Assembly (NCBI GenBank): GCA_024137785.1
Contig: JAHRHZ010000062.1
Span: 36,074,808-36,138,807, forward strand
Origin: Ginglymostoma cirratum
Taxonomy: Eukaryota
Length of the DNA: 64,000 nucleotides
Direction: 5' to 3'
A program made the translations under genes and the position numbers. The stretch's first letter is position 1; the number at the start of each line of letters is the position of its first letter. This document shows, in pieces, positions 12,702 to 24,965 of this stretch. Under the pieces are notes generated by a model. The model saw nothing but the letters and a program-made list of their open reading frames with translations, made no database searches and was not told the DNA's origin.

Positions 12702-14589
12702 CTAGTGCAACAAATAAAATGAAAGCATAATGCAATGCTGACCACCAGAATAAAACAAATAAATCTGTTTCTTTAAAGTGAGCTTCATGTGTCAATGTCT
12801 GTACCTGGAAGTGCTCACCTGTAATGAGGTTTCCAAATTTTCTTCACATTTAAATTAATAGAAAGAAAGTTCAAAAAGCTTAGTTCCAAGTTGCAATCCT
12901 CCTTGTCTGATAATCCTGTTCATGATTTGTCCTAAGAATGCTTTATAATTAATTGTATCCCTATATTTCTAGGACACTATTTATCCCAATCAAAAATGCT
13001 CAGTCAGATAAGCATTACTTTCAAAAATATTCTGACAGTTTCTTTTCAATTTCTATCAATGGCATTGAACACTTCAATGACATTTCAGGTTTAATGGATC
13101 ACTCGTAGTCTTTTGATTTAGTAAAAAAGAAATAATAATTTTTGATGTACCTTTTTGAACAGGAGTTGTCTTTGATGCTTTTGTTAATGGCTATAATTTT
13201 ATGCTTTGGATCCCAGTCAATGAATGATTTATATTTAGATTGGACCAATCCACCAATGGACTTAAGAAGCTGGGAGTTTGATTTCTATTGAATCAGCAGT
13301 GAAAGAGAAGTCATGGGCAGGTAATTCAGTAATCATCACTTTAAAATCTATATTTCATTTGGACATATAAGAACAGCATTGGATGTCAGAACATACATTG
13401 GATGTAATTAAGCACAGAGGTTTTCTCAGTCTCTATTATAACTTTTTTGAAGGGGGTTTCATTCTAAATGTAAATATGCTTAACTTGAATGATGTTTCAT
13501 AGACAGCGTGAAATTTTTAAACATTTTTAGTAGGTTTATTGTACAAATCCCCCATAATTGTCTTTTTATTCCACAGATGTATGTGTTTAGCCATTTGAAA
13601 AGACCGGATCACGGTGCTGCTGTAGTTTCTATGTACATCGGTGACACAGGCAGAGAATAGATTCCTCCCTTCTGAAGGCAGGCTTAAGGTTTATTGTTAT
13701 CATCGGTGAAGTCAACACAAATCCCAACTAAGTTCTGAAAACATTTACCTCTCCCAACACGAACACTGAAAATGATGATAAAAAAGGTCACTTGAAATTG
13801 ATTTGGCTGAACTCAGCACACAAACTGTGAGAACTGAATTTCTCTTCCCTGGAGGAGATGAGAAGGGAAATAATTGGGTGAATTGGCCTTGGAAATATAT
13901 TTGTCCCCACTCCACCATCCCCTCCTTGCTACATCATCAATTCAGTGCCGAACAAGGAGGTCTACTGGGAACAATCCTGATTCACCAGAATTAATGCTCT
14001 TCTGTGGTCAATAAAATGGTCACTTAAGTGCCTTTACTCGTCATTCTGATTTCCTGCCTTCCTGGCAGGTGAGAAAAATGGCTAACTTCCTGACTGGGAA
14101 ACCAGGATGACCTGCCACTGGATTGGAGAGTTGGGCCTTCATTTGCCCTGGTTTGGGGAAAATCAGAAACACAGGTTGGGTGGGTAAGTGAGTGGCATCT
14201 GAGGCCCCAACTCCCAGCTTCCTGCAATATCCACCCTGTACAAAAGAAGGTCATTTACCTTCTTGCCATTGGGTCCCTTGAAGACTAGACCATAACTAAT
14301 GGTCCTTAGGACCCAGAATATGCTGGCCTTTGATTGTCAGGCTACGTCTGGCTAGATGGGACTCTGCAATGAAGGTTTGTGATGGGCTGAAGATTAGCTG
14401 ATTAGCTCATGATCTGATAAACTGAAGATGACAAGTCAATTGCCATGAACCTACCAGCACCCACATTCACCCAGCAAATGGGAGAATTGTAGCCTTACAG
14501 TAGGTTTGCGGGACAGCTTGTACCAATTGTTACAACTGTACGAAGGAAACGGATGCAAAGGCTTCCTAGAATCTTGGACCAAGAATAGT

Positions 14590-15250
14590 TACAGCACAGA
14601 AAAATGCCATTCGGTCTGATGTATCAGCCCTGACTCTGCTCATTCCACTCTCGCACTTTTTTACTTAGCCCTGCAGATTATTTTTCTTCAGATTCTTTCC
14701 AATTTCCTTTTGGAAGCTATGACTGACTTTGCCACCATTGTACTCTTGAGCACAGCATTCCTGATTCTATTCAGTTGTTGCATAAAACAGTTTTTCCTCA
14801 TTTCACCTTTGCTTTTTTTATGAATGACCATTAATCTGTAGCCTTTGTTCCTCAACACACCTGTCAATGGGAACAGTGTTTCACTATATCCACTCTCTCT
14901 AGACCCCTTATAATTTTGAACACTTTTATCAAATAATTTCTCAACTTTCTAATTCCTAACCCTCATCCTTGAAATCAATCTCATTAATCTTTTCCACTCA
15001 CTTGTTAAAACCTTCAGATTCTTCCTAACGTGTAGTGTCCAGAATTTGAAATAATATGTCAAATGAGGCAAAGTCACTGTTTTATTACAGGAGTTGTAAA
15101 TGTTTTTCGTGCTGCATAGTCTACTATAATTTGTACACATATACCCTCGGGTGTCTCTGTTTTTGCAGGTTCTTTAGAATTATATTTATATTTATGTTAT
15201 ATTGCCTCCCCTCATTCTACCTTCCAAAATATATTGCTTCTACAGCACTC
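14590..15250 (-). mobile_element. Degraded CR1 3' fragment
   Basis: Antisense CR1 blocks (caatgggaacagt...tctagacccct...ttcttcctaacgtgtagtgtccagaatttga). Confidence 0.65.
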
Positions 15251-16136
15251 ACCAATGCCATTAGATGATACACTGTACGTGACAACATTATAATAGGATT
15301 ACTGTTAATCTATTTTCTTGAAATCATTAACGGTTACTCCTGTCAGAGAAAAAAAAAATTGCTCATGGTTTTAGACAGTTTCAAATTGCATTTATCCTGA
15401 GAATGATGGGAATTAAATGCAATATTCTAGTATATAGGCATGAATTTATTCATGTGTGTTCTGCCCAAGGGTGGGACCTTGGCTCATTGTTTGCTGATCC
15501 TTCACTCTGGGTCACTTCCTTTGCAGCTTTTGTGAGAAAGTGGTTTGCTGATTCTCAGGAGCAGGAGAAAGGAAGAGGTACAAAGTTGACCTCCTCTAGA
15601 ACAGGAATTAAACCAGTGCTGCTGGTGAACCGCAGACTCACCTTGCACACATGCACACCATCGAGCTAATTGGCCCCGAATATAGTATACGTTTTTCTTT
15701 ATTTGTTCTTAGGATGCAGATGTCACTGTCAAGGCCAGAATTTATTGCCTTATCTAATTGCCCTTCAACTGTGTGGCTTCCCCAGGCATTTTGGAGGCGC
15801 TTAAGAGTCAAACACGTTAATGCCATGTGCAGTAGAAGTAAGGGTGATGTGAGAAAAAACAGTTTCAATTAGTGAGCAGATAGTATAGGGTATGGAATGC
15901 ATTGCCTAGAAGTATGATGGATGCAGGGTCAATTAAAGCATTTCAGAGGGCATTGGATGAGTACGTGGATAGACATAGTGTGCAAAGGTATGGGAAAAAG
16001 GAAATTAGCACTTGCCATTGCTCATTTGAAGAGTTGGTGCAGGCACAATTGGCTATATGGACTCTTTCTAAACTGTGACTTGAGAACTGTGATAACTGTA
16101 GATTTGTAGTCACATGTAGGCTTGGCTCAGTAAAAG

Positions 16137-16420
16137 ATGGTAGAGGTGATTACATAGTAATCCAGAGGCCTGGATGAATACCATGACGATATGGTTCAAA
16201 CCCCACCATGGCCGCAGGTGAAATTGAAATGAAATTAATCAATCTGAAATATAATGTTAAGCTCAGTAATGGTGACCATGAAATTATTATTGATTGTGCA
16301 AAATATCTGTCTGGTCCATTAATGTCCTTTAGGGAAGGAAATCTACTATGTGACTCTAGATGCACAGTAATGTAGTTGACACTTAACTGCTCTCTGAAAT
16401 GGTCTGGCAGTCATTCAGTT
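16137..16420 (+). mobile_element. tRNA-derived shark SINE (SacSINE1/DeuSINE-like)
   Basis: Same family as 36341, 40205, 44853 (+) and 41310, 52075 (-); core aatgtcctttagggaaggaaatct...tgactctagatgcacagtaatgtagttgacacttaactg. Confidence 0.7.
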
Positions 16421-16437
16421 CACTGTGAAGGCTTTAC

Positions 16438-16685
16438 CTGGATCAGAGTACAGTTTCTTTTCTCTGCTTCAATTTTAAATTGAATAGCATCTGAGGTCCA
16501 TTTTGCTAGCCAGTAATCAATTGCCACCATCACTGTGTGCTTGAAAAGTTGTGAGAAGATCAGGAGAGGCAGTAAAAGACAACCCGCAGAGCTCAGGTAC
16601 TTCCCACAAGCACGCCACGGCATCTTTGCTCTCTGGCGCAAGACAGATGAAAGGTTGTCCTCGTCATCACTTTCAGTAATATCTT
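16438..16685 (-). CDS. ABCC8: ABCC8 exon 25 (248 nt)
   Basis: (E)[34 protein letters not shown]...[12 protein letters not shown]...KRNCTLIQ; keeps the extracellular N-C-S/T sequon; AG/GTAAAG ends. Confidence 0.96.
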
Positions 16686-17944
16686 CTGTATTCAATGTAC
16701 AAAACAGGTCATAAGCCAGTGAACTAATACGTTAACTTTACTTTCACATTGACTACAATGTCTGTAACTGAACAGTTAAGAGTGTGTAAGGGTTCTAAAT
16801 TCCTCCCCCGAAACAAATTCACAAACCTAGTTATTCCTCTGAAGCTTCCTCTCTTGTTCCTGTTTACACATATCCTTCTTATTTTCTACATCTTTACGTA
16901 TTATAATCAAGATTCATCACATCATCTCTGAATTTCTCATGCTTTAGGAGAACTGCAACTTCTAAACAGCCCACTTATTCTCATGTTCATCTATAACCTT
17001 CAGTTTTTAAAACCCAACCCTGATGTCGCCTAGTGAATATTCCACCATTTTGATTTTTAGCTTGATGGCAAAGCTGCATCTTAGCCTTGGCCCTGATTGA
17101 GGTTTCTCAATTCCAAAACACATTGAAGCTTTAGGAGCTTTGCATTAAAATGATTTTTTCATTGTCATTTACAAATTATATACTGTAGTAGACAGTATTC
17201 CCTATTTTATTAAGTGATTGCGAAATTGCTCACTCTCTCTTTGGTACTATGATCTTCTCAGAGTTTGGGCTGGATTTCACAAGCCCTCACAGACTGTGTT
17301 TTCAGTGAGGGAGCGTATAAGGCGGGTTATGGGGCCAGCATCCAGTCCTGAGTTCACCCACAAGCTACGGAGGGTTTGCATCTTTCCCACCGTATATAAA
17401 TAAATAATTCAGGGTCAGTTTAATTGACCCCAGTATTATCCTGTCCATGCAAGTAATATGATTTTTGTGGGCAGTGGAATGAGCAGACTTTTTCCAAGCA
17501 GGCTTTTAAAAATGCAGGGAGGAAGTGGGATACTATCTTTGGACAACACCTTTTGCCCCTTGGGGCACCCTATTAGAATAAGTATCGTGGCCTCCCTTCC
17601 TATCTACTGGACTTTAAAATTCACTCCTCTTTTGCCCTCCCCACCTTCTCTAAGTTGCTAAACCCCTCCCAGCTCAACATCCTTGATTTTCCTGGGTTCG
17701 CTGTTCTCAGTTGTCCTATGTGGGACCGCCAGCAGGCAATGTTGGAGCTGCTGGTCAGTCATATTGACCGACAGTTCCAGAGGGTTGTACCTCTTGCCAC
17801 TGAGGGGCAGGAAGCCCACTGTGTCTGGGGCAGGCTTATTCTGTTTCTTCTGGCTTTTCTTCCACTTTCCTACCTCAGGACATCGGCATGAATCTAATTC
17901 TCTGATGTTTTTTGCACACTGTTTGTGAAAAATTAGATGAATAC

Positions 17945-18050
17945 CTTCATCTTCACTCTCTTGCAACGTTTTGAGAAGGGCTTCCCGTGAATACATTGCT
18001 CTCCGCAGGTTTTTCCTTTCCATTGCTGTCTTGCTTTCAGCTATTGTCTC
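17945..18050 (-). CDS. ABCC8: ABCC8 exon 24 (106 nt), NBD1-TMD2 linker
   Basis: ETIAESKTAMERKNLRRAMYSREALLKTLQESEDE(E); AG/GTATT ends. Confidence 0.93.
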
Positions 18051-18405
18051 CTGTAGAACAAAATAATGATTTTCCCTATTCATGCTCAACATGCACTGAC
18101 AGAACAAAAAAATGTTACTTCAAGTAATGGCTAAGTGTATCATTGAAAACCAAATCCTGGAAAGAGAACTCAGTGTTATAAAGTATTGGACTTCCAGCGT
18201 TTTGTGTTGGCAAAACCTATACATTGGATCACTTCTGATAATGTACAAATTCATTTTTATTTGTGACACAAGGAAATAATTTTCTTCGCCTTCTTTTGAC
18301 TTTGTTCATTTTTTTGCAAAAAATATTAAAATCCAGTCAGTCACCAAAGTAAACTCAAACTTGTTTCAATATGATAATATAAGCAAACTGAGAAATTTGG
18401 AAAAC

Positions 18406-18531
18406 CTTTTCTAGTTCCTGGTCCTGCCTGTTCATTAGTGTTTTCCAAAGTTCGAATAGTTCTGGATCAGAATTCTGGATATCCTTGAGAGTCCCCTCTC
18501 TCTGAATTGTACCATCCTTCATTGCTATAAT
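18406..18531 (-). CDS. ABCC8: ABCC8 exon 23 (126 nt)
   Basis: [42 protein letters not shown]; AG acceptor, weak AAG|GTTTTC donor. Confidence 0.95.
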
Positions 18532-19530
18532 CTATGGAAATATAAAGTACATTGATGAAAATATTTAAACGCATAATTTGTAAATAGTTTAAATGATAAA
18601 TATATTCAAGCATTAACATGTCCATGAAAACATCACGGTTTGAATTTGCAAAGCAATGGTGGGCAGTTTTCTTGGGGGTGGGTGAGAAAGATTAGGGATG
18701 TTTTTATGTAACAGATCTTTAGTTAACGGAGGCAATTGCACATGTAAAAGTGAAGCTGCCTTCATACAGATCCAATTTTCATTAGTGGGGTGTCAAAACA
18801 CAGCTTGTGGACTTTATCCTTTTTGAGAAAAGGTCTAAACTCACCAGAATTGTTTATTTTAAAACTTGGCGGAATTTAAATCTCCTGCACTTGAAATGCA
18901 GTTAAAAAACACTGCAGTTTAAAAATCAAATGTTGTTATTGGCTGTTAACAATCATGTTAGGATTAATGCTGCATGACTGATTTCATATCATTATGGCAA
19001 TGAAAAGTTGATTGTTTTGTTTGAGAGTTCTGTTAAATTGACTCCTGCATGGCCGAAAAGAGTGTCCTGTATTGTAAGGGCTTCTATGCTTCCACCTGTT
19101 ACCACAACCTGATTTTTTTTCTCCATGAAGTGCCCCTATTTGTTTATATTGGCTCCCTTTCTAATTGTGCTCACTCAGCATTCTATTACAAGAAATGTCT
19201 ACATTGTAGAAAGATGATTTATAACTTATGCTCAAAATTTGTATCCAACAGTGATTACTGCTGCAAGTTTCCAAGGTGCATATTTCATGAAGAACATGTT
19301 GTACCATCAACTTGAATCATTTTGAGTTAGTTCCTTGACCCTCAGGTTCACCTAACACCTGTCCCTCTCTCTCTCTCTCTCTCCCTCTCCGTCTCTGATG
19401 AGAGAGCATCCATATAGGCTGGTAAGACTATGGCAACTGTATGTTTACAATAAATAACAAAATTGCACAAAGACTGTACAGAAAAATGTGTCTGACAATG
19501 CTTTTGTTAAAGATGCACTTAATCATCATT

Positions 19531-19858
19531 AGGGGCGGCATGGTGGCTCAGTGGTTAGCACTGCTACCTCACACCTCCAGGGGCCCAGGTTCGATTCCAG
19601 CCTCGGGTGTCTGTCTGTGTGGAGTTTGCACATTCTCCCCATGTCTGCATGGGTTTCCTCCAGGTGCTCCGGTTTCCTCCCACAGTCCAAAGATGTGCAG
19701 GTTAGGTGGATTGGCCATGCTAAATTGCCCATAGTGTTCAGGGAGGTGTAGGTTAGGTGGGTTGTTGGGGGGGGTGGGTCCAGGTGGGATGCTCTGAGGT
19801 TCGGTGTGGACTTGTTGGGCCGAAGGGCCTGTTTCCACACTGTAGGGGATTCTATTCT
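19531..19858 (+). mobile_element. HE1 SINE (V-SINE superfamily)
   Basis: tRNA head ggcggcatggtggctcagtggttagcactgct...ggttcgattcc, V-domain gggtttcctccaggtgctccggtttcctcccacagtccaaaga, CR1/HER1-type tail gggccgaagggcctgtttccacactgtag. Confidence 0.92.
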
Positions 19859-20105
19859 TTCATTGGTATCCAGATAATAATGCATGCTGATGCTTCACCC
19901 TGAGCTGTTTCCTGGGCAGTTTTGCCATTGTCTTCCACTTTCAGACATAAGACAAGAAAGAACACTTCAAACAAAATGGAAATCAAATCCACATGTTAGT
20001 ATTATTTTCAATCTTCCATTAGCCATCTAGCCCATTGATATCTCCAGCTCCAAAAATCATCATTTACAAAACCGGAAAAGAATTAAAAATTGTAAGCTGT
20101 CTCAC

Positions 20106-20243
20106 CCAGTCTGCATGAGGCAGATACTGTAGCTTATGGGTAACCAGGACTACAGTCCGCTTCTCATCTTGCAGCAGCTTCAGGATTCCATCTTGCATAA
20201 GGTGATCACTCAAGTGAATGTCCAGCGCCGAGAACGGGTCATC
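20106..20243 (-). CDS. ABCC8: ABCC8 exon 22 (138 nt), D-loop and H-loop
   Basis: [46 protein letters not shown]; AG/GTGAG ends. Confidence 0.97.
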
Positions 20244-22699
20244 CTAAAAAATAACATTTGATTAATATTTGATTTAGTCCTCTCTTTCAATTTCACTGAG
20301 GAATGCACAAAGTGACATACATATAACAAAAAATATTGTGAACTTATTAGTTCTGCCAAAAATTGAAAGCATGTTTTTGAGGCTTAGTGCTTCTTGATTG
20401 TCTATTAGTAGAGCAGAGAAAAATGTATAAACGTTTATATTTAAAGAGATCAATGCGCAGCATCTCTTCCTTAAATTATTCAAAAATTTTCTTGTTCCCT
20501 ACTCCGCCAGAAGTCCAATGTTAATCTTCATTTTGTGAAGAACTTGTCCTAAATTACATTCTATTTAGTTAAACCTCTTTCTCTATGCTCATAGATGAAA
20601 GTGGTATTTAGAGTTTACCTTTTCTCTAATAGTTAATAGCATTAATTTCACTTTCAGCTGCCTATTTCAGCAGATTTCTCCAAAGGCTCGAATGTTTCCT
20701 TGGAACCAAATCTCTCTGAAATTTGGGATAGCCCTCGGCATTTTTTTCTGCATCACCATGGAAGTCTGATGATTACAAATTGAAGCTCTCAAAAGTCTTA
20801 TTTCAAAACCTTTTGCACCTAACTTGCTGGAAATGCAAGCACAGAATGGTGTGATGCGGGCTATGGGGTATCAAATGGCAATAATCTATTTTGCACAGTC
20901 ACATGGATGTGTAGCAACCCAGATTTCCTATACAGGCTGCGTGGAAGTCAATCCCTTTAAGTTACTGTCCTAAATTTCCGACATGAGTTTAATGGACAAT
21001 TAATGTACAAATACGGCAAGTTCTTAAAAATACTAGGAGGCCAAAGACAAGGCATTGTTTGTATGAAATGGGGCCCTGTAAATTAAACAGTAAGTCAGAA
21101 GATTTGCAACTCACATTGTATCTCTAAATGAATTGAATGGCCAATGTGTGGATTAATAACAGGGCTGATATTTATCTGTAGCAAGACAAGGAGTTAAAAA
21201 TGGAAAACACCAAGTTCTGTTTTCAGTACACACTGGAGTTCTTTCACTACTGGATACCTTTTCCAGATACTGTGCATGTTTCATGTCCAACAGAATTATT
21301 GGCAGGAAAGCCTGCAAAAGAGCAATGTTCCGAAGGGAGGTGGCAAGGCAGTGAGAGATTACTGTTGAAGTGGGAGGTGGTGGGATTTCAGCAAGTGTTG
21401 TGCTCTTCATATCACCTGAACTAATTGTGCGTAAGGGGCAAAAAGAAAGGGGAAGATGGTTTGGGGGTGTGGTCAGTCTGATTGTTGACCCTGGAAAAAC
21501 ATGACCTCTTCCTCAATTAGCTTTTGAATTGGATCTTTCTTTCATGGTTTTCCAAGGGAAGCTAACAGATAAAAATGGATTTAAAGTGAAAACCTACATT
21601 CGTCCTTAAAAAAACTCTTTATCACTTGAATGCCTTCTGGGAAGGAACTGGTTGCTGATTTGCTGACCTGCCTCTGTTGAAACTGGCTTAAGTTTTTAAA
21701 TTTTAACATCTTGTTTGCCTGATCATAGTTATTTTTTGAGGGTTAACATTAGCCACAAATGGGAGGTGGAAAATTGGGGGTGGGGGTCCGCATGTGAGTG
21801 CAAATCTGAAGGATGTGGCATGCATCCTGTGTATGTCAGTGCTTAGGTCCTGCATGCACTCCAAACACATGGCTCTGTCAATGGAGGAACTCATGCACTA
21901 TAGACCCCAAACCATGATGGTGCTTATGGTCTGGATGGATTCTTCCATTCTCAACCCATGACCCTGCTTCAGGGAACTTCAACATGAGGGAGCACATCTG
22001 TCACTGCTGAACCAGTTACAGCCTCCTTTGCTGTGACTCCTGCACTCCTGCATTGAAGCCCAGCCAAGCATGGCTGGATCTGTCTGCTGTACTTTGAAGT
22101 ACTGCTCCACATCTACCACACCTCCGCTCCAGCAAGTGTTGCACTCTTCATACCACTAATTGATTGTGAGGGCTCACTAGGTCAGTATATTTATTCTGGT
22201 GGAGGATACACGCATGAAGCATGATGTTGTTGCTTCTTCTGAGCTTTGAGGTTGATGTTGGCGGAAGGATGGTGTGGGAGTTGGCCTCATTGTCTCAGCA
22301 TCTGTGGAAAACACGAGGAGATCATCAGAGCCACCTTGGAGATAGTAAGTGTCTGAGTGCTGAGGCTTGCAGCTGTAACTCAAAGCTGAAAATACAAGGC
22401 GATATGTTCCCCAGATCCCTGACTGAAATGTCCGGCAAAAGTTCACTCACAGGTAACTGGCTGCCAGTTTATGTTTGGCAGGGTGTCCATTGGCACAGAT
22501 CAAGATGTCCTCCCCCATGTGGGGAGAAAGTCCTACCTTAAGTGGCTGCTGGCTCAAGTTTGTGCAGTGGCCACTACTGAGTCAGTCCCTGAAGAAGAGG
22601 AGGTTATGGACACCATTTTGAAGGTAATTCAGTATCAACAAGTTGACAGATCTCAGTGAGAGTGGTGAGATTGTGGCTGAGTTTCAGAGATCAGGGTGT

Positions 22700-23690
22700 G
22701 AAGGTAGCAAGTGGAGCACAATGTGGGGAAATGTGAGGTTATTCATTTTGGTGAAAAGAGCAGATAAGCATTTTGTTTAAATGGTGAGAAACTATGAAAC
22801 ATCGATGTTCAGAAAAAAACTCGTGCACAGAATACCAAAGTCAAGATTCAAGTCAAGGAAGCAATTAGCAAGATGTGTTGGCCATTCTTGCAAGGGGACA
22901 TGAGTTCAAGACTCAAGAAGCATTGGTGCAGTTATATAGGATTTTACTGACATTATGGGGCTTGGTTTAGCTCAGCTGGCTGAATGGTTGATTTGTGAAG
23001 CAGTGTGATGCCAACAGTGTGGGTTAAATCCCCACACTGGCTGAGATTACCATGAAGGACTCTCCTTCTCAATCTCTCTGTTGTCTGAGGTACAGTGGCT
23101 CTCAGCTTAAATCACCAGCAGTCGTCTCTCTCTAACGATAGAGCAGCTCTATGGTCTGCAAAGACTTTGGTGGCATACTGATACTGAGATTACACTTGGA
23201 CTAATGCATACAGTTTTCATTTCTGCACCTAAGGAAGGATATGCCAGATTGACTTTGTAGATGAAGGAAATATTGAGTGGAAAGGCCATTACTCTCTGAA
23301 ATTTAGAAGCACAAGAGATACTCTCATTGAAACAGGTAAATTTTCAGAGGGTTTGACTGGTAAGTTATTGAAAGTCTATTTCCCCTCACTAAAGAGTCTA
23401 CAATAAGATACAGAATTCTCACAAAAAGGAGTTGGTCACTTAATACCCAGATGGAGAGAAATTTCTTCACTCAGAAGTTTGGAAATCTCAAGCCACACCC
23501 CAGAAGACTGTGGCTGCTCAGATGTTCATTGTGTTCAAAAAGGAGGTTCTGGATTTTTGCACCCTAAAAGAATTGAGGGATGTGGGGAATCAGGCAGGAA
23601 GTGGAGTTAGGTATAAGATCAGCCATGATTCTATTGAACAACACAGCAGGCTACAGCAGTCATGTAGCCTATTTCTGCTATTTCTTATAT
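22700..23690 (+). mobile_element. Degraded CR1 fragment with a nested tRNA-derived SINE (~22957-23175)
   Basis: aaatgtgaggttattcattttgg (KCEVIHFG) through to the 3' tail; nested SINE ggtttagctcagctggctg..., with a minus-strand copy at ~43950-44160. Confidence 0.7.
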
Positions 23691-23881
23691 TGTTACACCA
23701 AAAATCTTTTACACCATTGGTCTTTTAAAAATGAACAATTTTTAATGTTAGCAGAATGTAAAAAAAAAGTATCTGAATATCTAATTACTGACTAGAAAAT
23801 TCAAATTAGCAAGCTAACATGAAGAACTCAAGTACATACCGCATGCATTTTAAATAGAAACAAGCAAATAAATGAACCAAC

Positions 23882-23962
23882 CAGAAATACCACATTAGTT
23901 TGCTGGTACAGGGATCTTGCAACACTAATACGTTGACGTTGTCCACCACTTAAGTTAATTCC
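23882..23962 (-). CDS. ABCC8: ABCC8 exon 21 (81 nt), ABC signature and Walker B
   Basis: [27 protein letters not shown]; AG/GTTGGT ends. Confidence 0.97.
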
Positions 23963-24648
23963 CTGGAGAACGTCGGGAGAAGAAATAATCAAACCAAGTG
24001 AAATCCAATTTATTCACTTAAGCAAAGCACAGAGAACAAATCTGTACAGACACAAATTAATTCCCCAGAAACTCATTATTTAATTAGAATGAAATGAAAA
24101 GGCTCACATCCTTCAATATCAGTATGCCATTAAAGCTCTTACTTAACTAATGATATGCCAAATGGATTGCAACACACTGGCCATTTCGTATCTCCCCATC
24201 TAGGTATATCCATTAAACCTCTGCAGGGAATAGCAAAGAACTTGCAATAGTACTGCTCCAGCAATTGTGAAGGCAAGTAAGAGGGTTTGGGGATCTGTAA
24301 AGTATTACAGTGCACGGCAGATATTTGTAATCAACCTATTCAGACATGTTTTGACATTCCGCTGGAACAGGTGGCACTTGAATCCACATTTTTCTGGCCT
24401 CAAGACAGGACACTAAGATTATACCACAACAGCCTTCCTAAGAAGATACTAAAGCATCTGAATGACAAACCACTAGGATAATTGGCAGGGGACAACTTCT
24501 TGGTATCCTGTGGGAGCACTTCCAATTCTGGAGGACTTTGGCACAATGATGTGTTGAAAAGCATTCAAAAACAGTCAACAGGATGACTTTATGGTTTATG
24601 ACCCAAAGCAACTAAATTGGTTGACCACTTGAAAGCTACTGATTTTTT

Positions 24649-24965
24649 GGGGCGGCACGGTCGCTCAGTGATTAGCACTGCTGCCTCACAGCACCAGGGA
24701 CCCGGGTTCGATTCCAGCCTCGGGCAACAGTCTGTGTGGAATTTGCATGTTCTCCCCGTGTCTGTGTGGGTTTCCTCTGGGTGATCTGGTTTCCTCCCAC
24801 AGTCCAAAGATGTGCAGGTTAGGTGGATTGGCCATGCTAAATTGCCCGTAGTGTTCAGGGATGTGTAGATTAGGTGGGTCTGGGTGGGATTCTCTGAGGT
24901 TTGGTGTGGACTTGTTGGGCCGAAGGGCCTGTTTCCACACTGTAAGGATTCTATGACTTCTATGA
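24649..24965 (+). mobile_element. HE1 SINE
   Basis: Near-identical to the 19531 copy; tail ttctatgacttctatgattt. Confidence 0.92.

Noticed and set aside
12805-12830. AG|GTGAGC motif resembling a recursive site upstream of exon 26
   Set aside because: No real polypyrimidine tract.
13749-13765. Possible 17-nt microexon (ttttcag|TGTTCGTGTTGGGAGAG|gtaaat) in intron 25
   Set aside because: It would shift the frame, has a modest pyrimidine tract, and SUR1 has no gap here; such matches are expected by chance.
17658-18107. 149-aa ORF extending exon 24
   Set aside because: Only 17945-18050 is exon; the rest reads through the donor into intron sequence resembling a CR1 ORF1 remnant (LPLSGKRYNPL).
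19531-19605. tRNA-like sequences here and at other SINE heads
   Set aside because: They continue into SINE bodies and tails, so they are not tRNA genes.
21170-22700. Possible further Harbinger/Myb-like remnant with a ~40-bp direct repeat (~21389 and ~22130)
   Set aside because: Too degenerate to define termini or a convincing protein match by eye.
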